Below the pieces are notes generated by a model that ran no database searches, was not told the DNA's origin, and saw nothing but the letters and a program-made list of their open reading frames with translations. This document shows, in pieces, positions 1 through 10,082 of a stretch of 64,000 nucleotides of DNA (the first letter of the stretch is position 1; every line of letters begins with the position of its first letter). The DNA lies in contig OY970061.1 of the NCBI GenBank assembly GCA_963705255.1, positions 384,001 through 448,000 of the forward strand, in the 5' to 3' direction. Position numbers and translations under genes: made by a program. The stretch comes from an uncultured Methanoregulaceae archaeon. GTDB lineage: Archaea; Halobacteriota; Methanomicrobia; Methanomicrobiales; Methanospirillaceae.

Positions 1-2691
1 CCCTTTATCCTGTTTACCGGAAAGGGCAGGGAGGAGATAGTCATCGAAGCGATCAACAGCGGCGTGGATTTCTATGTCCAGAAAGGCGGCGGAGCCGAAG
101 CACAGTACGCTGACCTCTCGAATAAAATAAAAATTGCAATCGATCGCCAGAACGCCGTCAATGTGCTGAGGGACTCCGAGCAACGCCTCTCGGATATCAT
201 CAACTTTCTGCCGGACAGCACGTTTGTCATCAACCGGTCAGGACAGGTAATCGCCTGGAATCGTGCCATCGAAGAGATGACCGGCATCGCTGCAGGAGAG
301 ATGCTGGGGAAGGGGGAGTACCAGTACGCGATCCCGTTCTATGGCATCCGGCGGAAGATCCTTATCGACCTGATCTTCGAACCTGATGAGATCATTGCGA
401 AAGATTATGCGCATATCATCCACGAAAAGGATATGCTCATTGCCGATACCGTGCTTTCCCGCCCGAAAGGGCGGACGGTCACGCTCATGGGCAAGGCAGG
501 TCCGCTGTACAACCGGCAGGGCGAAATTGTAGGGGCGATCGAGTCCATCCGCGATATATCGGAACTGAAGAATGCCGAAAAAGAAATTCGCGCGGCCAAC
601 GAGCAGATCTCCGCGGCTGAGGAGGAACTGCGGGGCCAATATGAAGAACTGGCAGTGAGCGAACGGCGGATCCGCGAAAGTGAGTCGCGGCTCAAGTATA
701 TGCTCGGTTTCTACGAGATGGCCCGGCAGCCGGAGAAAGAACTCCTCGATTACGCAGTCGAGGGAGCGGGTTCGATTACCGGAAGCCCGCTGGGATATCT
801 TGCATTTCTCAATGACGAAGAGAGCGAGCTTACGATGTACGCATGGTCACAGACTTCCATGCGGGAATGCTCCATGCGGGAGAAGCCGATCATCTACCCG
901 GTAGAGAAGACGGGCCTCTGGGGGGAGGCGGTCCGGCAGCGCCGTCCCGTGATCACGAACGATTACCAGTCCCCCAATCCCCTGAAAAAAGGTTACCCTG
1001 AAGGGCACCCGCACATCATCCGGCACATGAACGTTCCGGTTATGGATCGTGATCGTATCGTGATCGTTGCCGGGGTGGCGAACAAACCATCCGATTATGA
1101 GGAGACTGATGTCAGGGAACTCACCATCCTGATGCAGGGTCTCTGGCAGGTCCTGAAGAGAAGGAGGGCAGAAGAAGAACTCCGCGCAGCCAATGAGCAG
1201 ATCTCCGCATCCGATGAAGAGCTCCGGGGACAGTACCGGGAACTGACCACCGCCCAGGCAGAACTGCAGAAACGTCAGCAGCAGCTGGAAGAAATTACCG
1301 GTACCTTTCCCGGGGTAGTCTTCCAGTTCTATGCACGGCCGGACGGGACGATGGGAATGTATTATGTCAGCGATCGTTCGCAGGAAGTACTGGGTATCAG
1401 CAGCAATGCCGCTGAATTTTTCGGGAGGTTTACCGGGCAGGTCGATCCCCGTGATCGTGAAGCGTTCCTCAACTCTGTTAACGAGGCAGTCAGGCTGCAA
1501 TCCCCGTGGAATTTTGAAGGCCGGTTTGCCAAACCTTCCGGCGGGAATATCTGGTTCCACGGAATATCCCGGCCGTTCGTCCGGGGGACGGAGATCGTAT
1601 TCAGCGGGGTCCTGCTGGACATCACCGAACGCAGGCGGGACGAGGAACAGAGCCGGGAGAGCAGGGAACGCTTCCGGAGAATTTTTGAGGATAGCCCCCT
1701 TGGCATAGCGATCGTTTCAGCCGATTTCAGGTTCAGGATGGTAAACCGGCAGTTCTGCGAGATGCTGATGTACAGTGAGGCTGAACTGCTGGACAAATCC
1801 TTTCCTGAGATTACGCACCCTGACTATATCGTGCCCGATATTGCGGAAGTCAGAAAGATCTATTCGGGAGAGAGGGAGATGTACAGGACAGAAAAGAGGT
1901 ACGTGAAAAAAGACGGCTCCTTCCTCTGGGCTTCCCTGACGGCCTCGGCGGTGAAGGATGATGCCGGCACGGTCCTGTACACGATCGCCCTGATCGAAGA
2001 CATCACCGAGCGCAAGCAGGCGGAAGAGACCATCGTGCGTGTGAACAAAAAACTCAATATCCTCAACGATCTTACAAGGAGGGACCTGACCAGCCAGATC
2101 TTTATCCTGAAAAGTTACCTTGAACTTGTGATCGAATCGGCAGCCGGGCAGGATCAGATTCTCAGGCAGCTGCAAAAAATTGAACAGATCATCCGGTCGA
2201 TCAACGATATTACGGAATTTACCCGGGATTACCAGAATATGGGGGAAAGTCCCCCGAAATGGCAGAATGTCAAGCTGGCGTTGTTGTTCGGGATCTCCCA
2301 TGTATCTCTTGCCGGAATCCGCCACAGCATTGAGACGGAAAACCTCGAAGTTTTTGCCGATCCGCTGCTCGAAAAGGCGTTCCAGGGCATCTTTGAGAAC
2401 ACCATCGCGCACGGGGGCCTTGTCAGCATTATTCAGGTCAGGTACAGGGAGACACCGGACGGGGTTGCCATCATCTATGAAGACGATGGGGCCGGCATCC
2501 CGCAGGAGATGAAAGAGCGGATCTTTTCACGCGATGAGAGTATCCATGCTTCCATAAGGGGACTCTTCTTTGTGCGGGAGATCCTCGACCTCACCGGCAT
2601 CACCATCAGGGAGACGGGAGAGCCGGGCAAGGGTGCCCGGTTCGAGATCACCGTGCCGAAGGGGATGTACCGGTTTACCGGCACCCGATAA
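1..2691 (+). CDS. Receiver-PAS-GAF-PAS-PAS histidine kinase-like sensor (5' truncated by window edge)
   Basis: Frame is open from base 1 (PFILFTGKGREEIVIEAINSGVDFYVQKGG = end of a REC domain). It has PAS/PAC motifs, a GAF segment and a C-terminal HATPase (ENTIAHG, EDDGAGIP, GARFEI). The H-box His is replaced by Arg. Confidence 0.9.
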   Translation, partial: PFILFTGKGREEIVIEAINSGVDFYVQKGGGAEAQYADLSNKIKIAIDRQNAVNVLRDSEQRLSDIINFLPDSTFVINRSGQVIAWNRAIEEMTGIAAGEMLGKGEYQYAIPFYGIRRKILIDLIFEPDEIIAKDYAHIIHEKDMLIADTVLSRPKGRTVTLMGKAGPLYNRQGEIVGAIESIRDISELKNAEKEIRAANEQISAAEEELRGQYEELAVSERRIRESESRLKYMLGFYEMARQPEKELLDYAVEGAGSITGSPLGYLAFLNDEESELTMYAWSQTSMRECSMREKPIIYPVEKTGLWGEAVRQRRPVITNDYQSPNPLKKGYPEGHPHIIRHMNVPVMDRDRIVIVAGVANKPSDYEETDVRELTILMQGLWQVLKRRRAEEELRAANEQISASDEELRGQYRELTTAQAELQKRQQQLEEITGTFPGVVFQFYARPDGTMGMYYVSDRSQEVLGISSNAAEFFGRFTGQVDPRDREAFLNSVNEAVRLQSPWNFEGRFAKPSGGNIWFHGISRPFVRGTEIVFSGVLLDITERRRDEEQSRESRERFRRIFEDSPLGIAIVSADFRFRMVNRQFCEMLMYSEAELLDKSFPEITHPDYIVPDIAEVRKIYSGEREMYRTEKRYVKKDGSFLWASLTASAVKDDAGTVLYTIALIEDITERKQAEETIVRVNKKLNILNDLTRRDLTSQIFILKSYLELVIESAAGQDQILRQLQKIEQIIRSINDITEFTRDYQNMGESPPKWQNVKLALLFGISHVSLAGIRHSIETENLEVFADPLLEKAFQGIFENTIAHGGLVSIIQVRYRETPDGVAIIYEDDGAGIPQEMKERIFSRDESIHASIRGLFFVREILDLTGITIRETGEPGKGARFEITVPKGMYRFTGTR

Positions 2692-2923
2692 TTTTTTTTA
2701 TCGAAATACCCTTGTGATCATCCCGATCCCTGAAGGTATCCGGGCAGCGATCATGATGCTCCTCAGATCCAGAACCACTTAAGGCTGAGTGGTGCCGGGT
2801 GCACACAGGAACAGCGGGGAGGGACGAACGGGGCTCCGGCTTTTCGTCCGGCGTGCCTGGACCCCGATCAATAACCTTATTATTGTTCTTCTCCGATTCC
2901 CATCCAACAGGAGAATGAAATAC

Positions 2924-3592
2924 ATGAAAGTAATCGGATTGAATGCAAGCCCCAAGGGAAAAGAGAGCAATACCCTCAGGCTCGTGAATGCCGTACTGGC
3001 AGGAGCGAAGGCTGAGGGAGCAGAAACCGAACTCGTGGATCTCTATTCATTACGCATTGAGTACTGCACTGCCTGCGGCACCTGCTATGCAACCGGGGAG
3101 TGCACCCTCCTCGACGATTTCACGGATCTCTTTGACCGGATGATGAATGCCGAAGGGATTGTACTGGGTGCTCCCAACTATATCGATTCCGTGCCTGCCC
3201 CGATGAAAGCGCTCTTCGACCGTATGGCGGATGCGATCCACTGCCAGATGCTGACAGGAAAGTTCGGGTGTTCGGTCTGCACGGCCGGGGGAAGCGGCGA
3301 GACCGAAGTTGTCGGGTACATGAACAAGGTGCTCACTACGCTCGGCGCAAACGTCGTTGGAGGCATTGGAGTAGCGATCGGCAGGGATCCTGCAGCACTT
3401 GGAAAGGCTGAAAAGGAAGCCCGCGAGATGGGGAAGAACCTGGCCCGCTCAATCAGGGGTGAACTTTCCTATCCCGAACAGGACGAGGTCCACCGGCAGA
3501 AGAGGGAGTACTTCTGCCAGCTCGTGAAGTACAACAAGGAACGGTTCGCCCACGAATACGACTGGTATGTCGAGATGGGCTGGATGAAATGA
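2924..3592 (+). CDS. Iron-sulfur flavoprotein / flavodoxin family (Isf-like)
   Basis: MKVIGLNASPKGKESNT flavodoxin start and a CTACGTCYATGEC cluster motif. AGGAGA precedes ATG 2924 (alternative ATG 2915). Confidence 0.85.
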   Translation: MKVIGLNASPKGKESNTLRLVNAVLAGAKAEGAETELVDLYSLRIEYCTACGTCYATGECTLLDDFTDLFDRMMNAEGIVLGAPNYIDSVPAPMKALFDRMADAIHCQMLTGKFGCSVCTAGGSGETEVVGYMNKVLTTLGANVVGGIGVAIGRDPAALGKAEKEAREMGKNLARSIRGELSYPEQDEVHRQKREYFCQLVKYNKERFAHEYDWYVEMGWMK

Positions 3593-3607
3593 TCCGGGTG
3601 ACGGGAT

Positions 3608-4432
3608 ATGAAGAGCATAACCGCAGAAAAACTCCGGCTTGACTACGAACCCGTGGCAATTCTCTGGAGCAATACAAAACCCGAAGGAGCGTTGCAGATA
3701 AAACCGCACGGGCAGACCTGCATCATGCCGTTCTTCGCGCAGGTCGCAACGAAGGGAAAGACTGCCGTGTTCGACCGGGAGACCTACGGCTGCCCCGGTG
3801 CCCGTGCAGGACTTGGTTTTGGCAACGGCTACTACGATGCCTTCGGCGGCGCTGGTCTTGAATTCATGTCTGCATTCTTTGTGAAAGGTGCAGAGAGCAG
3901 CAGGAACCCGGAGGCCTACTGCGCGACCGTGCAGCACATTCCCGAGCGGGAGCGGGCGAAGTTCCTGCACGGAGAGCGCCTCCACCGGAATACGGAGAAG
4001 GCGAAGCGGTTCATGACCGCCGACCTGCCGATCACGGATATTGCCGAGAAGTACGTGATCTTCACCCCCCTGAGCAGGGTGAAACCCGGCGAGCGCCCGG
4101 TCGTCGTGGTGTTTGTTGCCGACCCGCTGCAGATCACCGGGCTCGTCACGCTGGTCGGGGCGGTCCGCGAGGGCACCGATCCCGTGCGGGTCCCGCCCAT
4201 GGCGGCCTGCCAGCAGATCGGGGCATTCGTGTACGACGAAGCAACGAAGGAGCACCCCCGGGCAGTGCTCGGGTACACGGACCTTGCAGCACGGGCAAAT
4301 GTGGGCAAGACCATCCCGGGGAAGATGTTCACGTTTGCCGTGCCGTTCCCGCTCTTCGAGGAGATGGAAGAGGAGGCAAAAGACGGTGTGTTCGACGGCC
4401 CGATCTGGAAAGGGCTTGCGGCGGAGCAGTGA
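3608..4432 (+). CDS. DUF169 domain protein
   Basis: LRLDYEPVAI start, GCPGARAGLGFG, AACQQ and LGYTDLAAR motifs typical of DUF169. Confidence 0.75.
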   Translation: MKSITAEKLRLDYEPVAILWSNTKPEGALQIKPHGQTCIMPFFAQVATKGKTAVFDRETYGCPGARAGLGFGNGYYDAFGGAGLEFMSAFFVKGAESSRNPEAYCATVQHIPERERAKFLHGERLHRNTEKAKRFMTADLPITDIAEKYVIFTPLSRVKPGERPVVVVFVADPLQITGLVTLVGAVREGTDPVRVPPMAACQQIGAFVYDEATKEHPRAVLGYTDLAARANVGKTIPGKMFTFAVPFPLFEEMEEEAKDGVFDGPIWKGLAAEQ

Positions 4433-4444
4433 GGTGTGGTGATC

Positions 4445-5227
4445 ATGACAAAAACAGATTTCAGGGTGATCGGGGCACGGCTGAAGGCAGCGTTCAGGCT
4501 TTCGACACGCCCTCTCGCAGTGTACGGATCGGAGGTCCTGCCGGCGGGTATCCCCCCGATGGCCGGGGTGAACCGGTGTTTTGCTGTCGCCCTGTACCGG
4601 ATGGCAACAGGGAACGAAGTATCAGCGATCTATGTAAGTGCCGACACCAGCGAGGGCTGCTGCCTTGGCGGGCTCTATCACGTGGGGTATATTCCGGTGC
4701 CCGATGATATCAAATATTTTGTATCGACCGGCAGGAACGATGTCCGCGGCGGGGCGGCGGAATACCTGAAGGCAGGTCCGGAACTGGTCGAACGCTGCAC
4801 GGTGGCGGCGGGACCGATCCGTCCCCCGGGAAAATACCTTGTCGTGCAGGCCTGCGAGGCCCTGCCGGATGCCGGGCCTGCCGTCAGGTCCCTCTGCTGC
4901 TTCGGCACAGGCGAGCAGATCCGGAACATGGCGGCACTCATCCACTTTGACCGGGACGACCCGTTCTCACCTGTCATCGTCCCCTGGGGATCTTCCTGTT
5001 CGACCTATATCACGTTCCCGGCAGGCCTTGCTGACAACACGCCGCGGGACACCGCATTCATGGGCCCGCAGGACCCGACGCAGAATCATTCCCTTCCCCC
5101 GGAGATGATGGCGCTGGGTATTCCCGCAGAGATGGCCGCCCGGATGGTAAACAACCTGGACGCCTCATTTATTGTCCGGAGACCCCAGGTAGCATTTCCC
5201 AATCACGAGAGGTTGTTGAACCGGTAG
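4445..5227 (+). CDS. DUF169 domain protein (second paralog)
   Basis: LSTRPLAV, GCCLGG, PWGSSC and GPQDPTQ follow the same layout as the upstream gene. GAGGTG RBS at 4431. Confidence 0.7.
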   Translation: MTKTDFRVIGARLKAAFRLSTRPLAVYGSEVLPAGIPPMAGVNRCFAVALYRMATGNEVSAIYVSADTSEGCCLGGLYHVGYIPVPDDIKYFVSTGRNDVRGGAAEYLKAGPELVERCTVAAGPIRPPGKYLVVQACEALPDAGPAVRSLCCFGTGEQIRNMAALIHFDRDDPFSPVIVPWGSSCSTYITFPAGLADNTPRDTAFMGPQDPTQNHSLPPEMMALGIPAEMAARMVNNLDASFIVRRPQVAFPNHERLLNR

Positions 5228-5321
5228 GTAACCGGGTACGGTAACGTAGAAAATACCACTTACAAAACGATATTCCTGAAAATCGATGGGGATGAGGGGT
5301 GGTTCCTGCCCTCACCCGTGC

Positions 5322-7163
5322 TTATCGCCCGTGGGCACCGCCACCCCCGAAGCCTCCGCCCCCACCAAAGCCGCCTCCGCCTCCGAACCCCCCGCCACGA
5401 TAGCCACCGGAACCGCCGCGGACCGGCGGGGTGAAGAAGAGGAGGGGAGTAAATGCATACCCTATTCCCAGTGCACCTGCAGGGACTCCGGTCTCGGCGA
5501 TATTGATGTTGAGCGATGCCATGGCACTCTCAACCTTGTCACCAACCCCCAAGGCGGTCCCGTATACCAGCCATTCTCCCCACATGGAGAGATCCTCCGG
5601 GGCATATTTCCGCATGTGCGCGAGGTCCGAGAGGAAGTGGGCGAATGCGTCCCATTCGAGCTTCTCCTTGTGTTTGTCACCTTTCCAGTTGCCGAACAGG
5701 GTCGACGGCATCGCGATCGCGATCACTTCCTGGACGATGACGATTCCCCATAATACCGTGGCCGGGATGAGGATGTAGGACTGCATGGGTTCCAGGAATG
5801 CAAATATCAGTGTGACAGCAAGCACGGTGATGCTGGCGAGCAGGAGCGGAACGATATGATCCCGTCCATCTACGATATACTGGAGGGCAAGGGAGGGATC
5901 TGCCCTCCTGGTCACATCGGTCAGCATCCTCTGGTAGCGGAGTGCTTTCTCTTCGGATGCGATGTTGGTCGTCGCTTCGTTTGCAAGCTTCTCAATGTGG
6001 CCTGAATCGAGGATGCCGTTCTCCGCTATCTGTCCAAGTACGTTGAGCACTCTTTGCTCGTACGGGTCATCCGAGGCTGTTTTGAGGATGCGGATCTCGA
6101 AATCCTTGGCTGCTCCTTCCTGCTTCGTGGTTATCGTGATGAACTTTCGCCGGTGGAGATCGAGAAGGGTAGCATAATACCCGGTCTCATCGAAATCCAG
6201 TGCATCGTCCTTGAACAGCAGGTTGACCTGCCAGGGTTTGAGCGCCGGGTTCGGGTTGGTGCTCAGGTAGGCGGGTACGGTAAACTTCTTTTCCACGCCG
6301 TACCAGCGGTAGATCACGAGGAACAGGAGGGGGACGAGGATGACGGCTGCCTTTGCCAGGTAATTCAGCAGGTACGAGAGCGTGTAGACTGCATCATACC
6401 AGAAACTTCCTGAGGTGGTGCTTCCTGCGAGACCGGTAACCTGAGTCCTGAAGCCCGGGATCTGGCTGAATGCCGTTGATCCGCCCAGCATCTCGACGGC
6501 AATATTCTCATCTGCCGCTGCGTCACCGCTGAAGGTATACGTGTTCCCTGACAGGACCGTGCCCAGCGTCGGCGGATAGGAAAATACCTGCTGGATGCCG
6601 TCTGCAGGGACCGTGATCGTAATGTCGTGGTACGGGATGTGGGACTGCCCGGCGAACTTCAGGTTGAGATGGGTCGTGCTCCCGTCGTACTCGATCGGAG
6701 GGTACAGGACGTAGGTATATGCCACCGTGTATTGCCCTGCAGCGAAGGAGCCGGGACTGAAGATCCCCGCTTCGTCGTCCTGGGCAGACCGGCCAATAGT
6801 TGATGTGTAAGCGCCAGCTGAGGAGTCTCCATACACCCTCACATTGCCTGAATCGTCTTTGGCATACGCAATCGTTCCTTGCGGGGGTGTTGCATTAACG
6901 ATCTCGACCGATGGCTGGGCCGGTGTGGTAAAAAGGAGCGGCTCCTCCCACGAACGGTACAGCATGTGATATTCACCGGAGGTTTTCACGTCATAGGTAT
7001 AGTGCTCGGTGAGCGTCCCGTTGTCGTACAGGGTCGCCGCATACGAACTGACGGTGAGATCGCCTTCAAAAAGCGGGGGAAGTACGATACTGAGCACGAT
7101 GCCGATGACACCGATGATCAGACATACGCTGACAAGTACCGACAGTTGTTTTATTTCGCCCAT
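5322..7163 (-). CDS. DUF2207 family membrane protein
   Basis: N-terminal TM, large soluble domain, ATLLDL, WxxFxxFL..WGEWLVYGTALGV and a GGGFGGG tail. It follows lemA, a common pairing. Confidence 0.85.
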   Translation of the reverse strand: MGEIKQLSVLVSVCLIIGVIGIVLSIVLPPLFEGDLTVSSYAATLYDNGTLTEHYTYDVKTSGEYHMLYRSWEEPLLFTTPAQPSVEIVNATPPQGTIAYAKDDSGNVRVYGDSSAGAYTSTIGRSAQDDEAGIFSPGSFAAGQYTVAYTYVLYPPIEYDGSTTHLNLKFAGQSHIPYHDITITVPADGIQQVFSYPPTLGTVLSGNTYTFSGDAAADENIAVEMLGGSTAFSQIPGFRTQVTGLAGSTTSGSFWYDAVYTLSYLLNYLAKAAVILVPLLFLVIYRWYGVEKKFTVPAYLSTNPNPALKPWQVNLLFKDDALDFDETGYYATLLDLHRRKFITITTKQEGAAKDFEIRILKTASDDPYEQRVLNVLGQIAENGILDSGHIEKLANEATTNIASEEKALRYQRMLTDVTRRADPSLALQYIVDGRDHIVPLLLASITVLAVTLIFAFLEPMQSYILIPATVLWGIVIVQEVIAIAMPSTLFGNWKGDKHKEKLEWDAFAHFLSDLAHMRKYAPEDLSMWGEWLVYGTALGVGDKVESAMASLNINIAETGVPAGALGIGYAFTPLLFFTPPVRGGSGGYRGGGFGGGGGFGGGGGFGGGGAHGR

Positions 7164-7175
7164 GCCAATTACCCT

Positions 7176-7746
7176 TCAGAACTCAATTTTCGGGGGGGTT
7201 GCAACCGCTTCCTCAAATTGCAGGTACTCGAGTTTTCCAAGACCTGTCAGGTGCCCGATGAATTTTGACGGGATGGTATCCATCATCGTATTGAACTCCT
7301 GCGAGATGTTGTTGTAGGTGTACCGCTGACGGGCTATCTCCTCTTCAATACCCTTGACAGAGTCCATCAGACTGATGACGGTCGTGTTGGTCTTCAGGTC
7401 GGGATAATTCTCCGCAACTGCCAGAAGGCGCCCGAAGATCGACCGGGAATCAGACCTCCATCTTGTTCAGGTCGCCGGGGGAAGCGGTTGCCACGCTTGC
7501 CCGCATCGCGGTTACCTGTTCAAACGTCTCTTTTTCGAACTTCGCATAGCTCTTTACCGCCCCAAGCAGCTGGTCTATCATGTCCAGCCGTTTTTTCATG
7601 GCCACACGAATCTGGCCAAGGGTTGCTTCAGAGGAATTCTTCAGGCTGTAGAAACGGTTGTAGATTCCCACGGCCCAGAAGAACAATCCGATGATGACAA
7701 GGACGATGACGCCCAGTACAATCCAGCCAATGATATCTCCCAGCAT
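7176..7746 (-). CDS. lemA: LemA family protein (apparent single +1 frameshift near 7455)
   Basis: TM-YNRF..KRLDMI..VKSYAKFE..; after removing one base it continues SRSIFGRLLAVAENYPDLK..EIARQRYTYNN. Confidence 0.85.
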
Positions 7747-7982
7747 TTTTCTCAGAGTAGTGATGATCGCGCCACTACATAAGACATAAGGCCTCTGAAA
7801 GTGTGAGGGAGGCGGGGAACAATGAAAAAGAAAAACCGTTCATAGAAACGCGGGGGGGGGGGTTTCGATGAACGTTGCCGGTAGCTCAACTGTTCACAAT
7901 ACCACGGCAGCCCGACAGGATCTCCCGCGTTCTTACCCGTACTCTCCCCGGCACTGACGGGAACAGCACACCATAAAAGAAC

Positions 7983-8214
7983 GGCTTTGGACAGATCATC
8001 GGAATTCGTCGTACACGCTCTTGGGGGCTACGGCATTGTGTGCCTCCGTCCCCAACGGGGCGCCCCAGCGGCGGATCAGTGACTGAAAAATCTCGCAGCA
8101 CCGGCGTGCCCCGGGGAGGCCCTGAGGCGGGGGAACCCTCGCAAATTTGACTATCTTGACGATTTTCATGGTTCCGGAGTGAACCTATCGGCTCATGTCC
8201 GGTTCTCCAGAGCC
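7983..8214. mobile_element. MITE-like element E1
   Basis: Ends GGCTTTGGACAGATC and GGTTCTCCAGAGCC. Flanks aaaagaac/ggaagaac are a 6/8 direct repeat. The left ~43 bp are shared with the elements at 22614 and 27785. Confidence 0.7.
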
Positions 8215-8226
8215 GGAAGAACCGTC

Positions 8227-8856
8227 TTACTGGATCCTTTTCAGCCGGATGTAGTACAGCGGGGGGACGAAAATATACACCGCCAGCCCGTAGGGGAAGG
8301 AAAAAAATGCCAGGACAAGTCCGATGCAGGACAACACAGGGATGATGAGCGTTACTTCGCTTCCCCGTCTGATGATAAACGATGAAAGCGAAGGATCCAC
8401 GAGACGGTGGTTGTCAGTGGCATATCGCCACTGGAGATGAAAGAGCAGTCCGGTGAGAAGGAGGTGTGTTTCGAGTACTCCTGCCGCCAGGGGATTTGCG
8501 GGAAAGACACCAGCGATTGAGCTGCTGAACGGAATGAAGGCAATAAACATCAGGATGATAATATTGAGCCAGAGCAGGGTCCGGTCAATAGAGCGTATGT
8601 GGTGGAACTGTGTGTGATGTGAGACCCAGAATGTTGCGAGGATAAGAAAAGAAATGACGTACAGAATAATATCCGGAACCGACTGGACGAGAATTTGGGA
8701 GACGGGCCTGCCCGCCAGCGTTTCAACAGCAAAAGGATAGCCGGCCCCGAGAACGAGGAGCGTCATGCCGAACGCGAAGATCCCGTCCGTGAGGGACTCG
8801 ATCCTTCCCTTTCCAAAACCGATGTTCACTTCAGTTTTATTTTCCGCTCTCTCCAT
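8227..8856 (-). CDS. TMEM175 (DUF1211) family potassium channel
   Basis: RIESLTDGIFAFGMTLLVL signature, FWVSHHTQF, FIPF and about six TM segments. Confidence 0.88.
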   Translation of the reverse strand: MERAENKTEVNIGFGKGRIESLTDGIFAFGMTLLVLGAGYPFAVETLAGRPVSQILVQSVPDIILYVISFLILATFWVSHHTQFHHIRSIDRTLLWLNIIILMFIAFIPFSSSIAGVFPANPLAAGVLETHLLLTGLLFHLQWRYATDNHRLVDPSLSSFIIRRGSEVTLIIPVLSCIGLVLAFFSFPYGLAVYIFVPPLYYIRLKRIQ

Positions 8857-9057
8857 CGAAGTCCCTCAGGTATTGACAAGCCGGTTCCTGCCTGCCGGCT
8901 CCGGATTTATCCGGTCGTGTCCATGTCTTCTTCTCATGGTACCTCGTCACGTTCCTCTATCTAGTTTTCGAAAGAGCCGGTCACCGGGTCCAGGAGATGT
9001 GGGAGAAGGACGGAAAACTTCGCTAAATTTACATGATTTCTCTCTCCAGTGATATTC

Positions 9058-9343
9058 GGTTCTGTATAAACCTCTTTACTCATTTCCTATGAAAAGAGAA
9101 TGCTTTCAGATATGATTGACGGGGGTTGAGATCCCCATACCCCCGGCTGCGATGGATGCCGCCGTCCCCGGCGGGGCGCCCCAGCGGCGGATCAGTTACC
9201 TCCCGCACATTTGTCAAATTATTACTGCCCCGCCGTGCCTCTGAGAGGCCCTGAGGCGGGGATCCTCATAAATTCAATTTATATTCAATTTTCATAGTTT
9301 CAGCGAGAATTTCATCAGTTCATATCTGTTTTCTGCAAAAGCT
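9058..9343. mobile_element. MITE-like element E2 (degenerate ends)
   Basis: Shares 25 bp CGGGGCGCCCCAGCGGCGGATCAGT (9172-9196 = 8056-8080) and GAGGCCCTGAGGCGGGG with E1, plus a similar right subterminal region. Ends are GGTTCTGTATAAA and TTTCTGCAAAAGC. Confidence 0.55.
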
Positions 9344-9449
9344 GGATTTTTCATCTTTTTCTCATCACGGATGCACGGAAAATAATTTCCTGTTTTTCCC
9401 TTCATAGGAGGTACATTCTTCCCCCCAGGAATCCGCCATCCCCAAAAAT

Positions 9450-10082
9450 TCACCGCCTCTCCGCCAGCAGGTATACTGCCCTGTGCGGGCCAGACTTACC
9501 GCTGACGTCAATGGTCTTGAGTTCCCGGATTGTGAAATACGGGGAGACAAGTTCCCATATCTCGGACTCTGAGGAGAAATAGAGCGTTGTCCCGATCCGG
9601 GTCGTCCGGTATTTCCCGGTGCCGCCGAACTGGGGGTCGTCCTCGCTGAAACAGACGGAAAAGTACGCTGCCCCCCGGTTCAGGATTTTCTGGACATTCT
9701 TGATATAGGTCTCCCGGTCTTCCGGGAAGATATGGTGCAGGAATTCCCAGTCATAGGCAAAGTCGAACGTGCCGCTCACTTCCTGCAGCCCGCCAAGGAG
9801 ATCAGCGACAATAAACCTGCACCGGACTCCCCGTTTTTCTGCATGTTCTCTGGCGATGGTTATCGCTGTCGGAGAACTGTCGACACCGGTCACCTCAAAC
9901 CCAAGGCCTGCCAGGTAGATCGCATAGTTGCCGGCACCGCACCCGAGATCGGCAGTCCTGCAGGGCCGGACTTTCCCTTCCTGCACAAGTCTGACAAGCG
10001 CATCCGGCGGGGTCTCATTATTCCACGGGAGATTATCCAGCGGGATCGTCCGGTAAATCCTGTCGATATCGGCATATTTCAT
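9450..10082 (-). CDS. Class I SAM-dependent methyltransferase (TPMT/TehB-like)
   Basis: LPWN..P, DLGCGAGN, VTGVDSSPTAI and FDFAYDWEFLHHI motifs. Confidence 0.85.
   Translation of the reverse strand: MKYADIDRIYRTIPLDNLPWNNETPPDALVRLVQEGKVRPCRTADLGCGAGNYAIYLAGLGFEVTGVDSSPTAITIAREHAEKRGVRCRFIVADLLGGLQEVSGTFDFAYDWEFLHHIFPEDRETYIKNVQKILNRGAAYFSVCFSEDDPQFGGTGKYRTTRIGTTLYFSSESEIWELVSPYFTIRELKTIDVSGKSGPHRAVYLLAERR

Noticed and set aside
5322-5420. GC-rich low-complexity repeats
   Set aside because: They encode the normal GGGFGGG tail of DUF2207 proteins.
8100-8145. CTGAGGCG resembling a hammerhead ribozyme core
   Set aside because: No CUGANGA plus GAAA core with three supporting stems in either copy.
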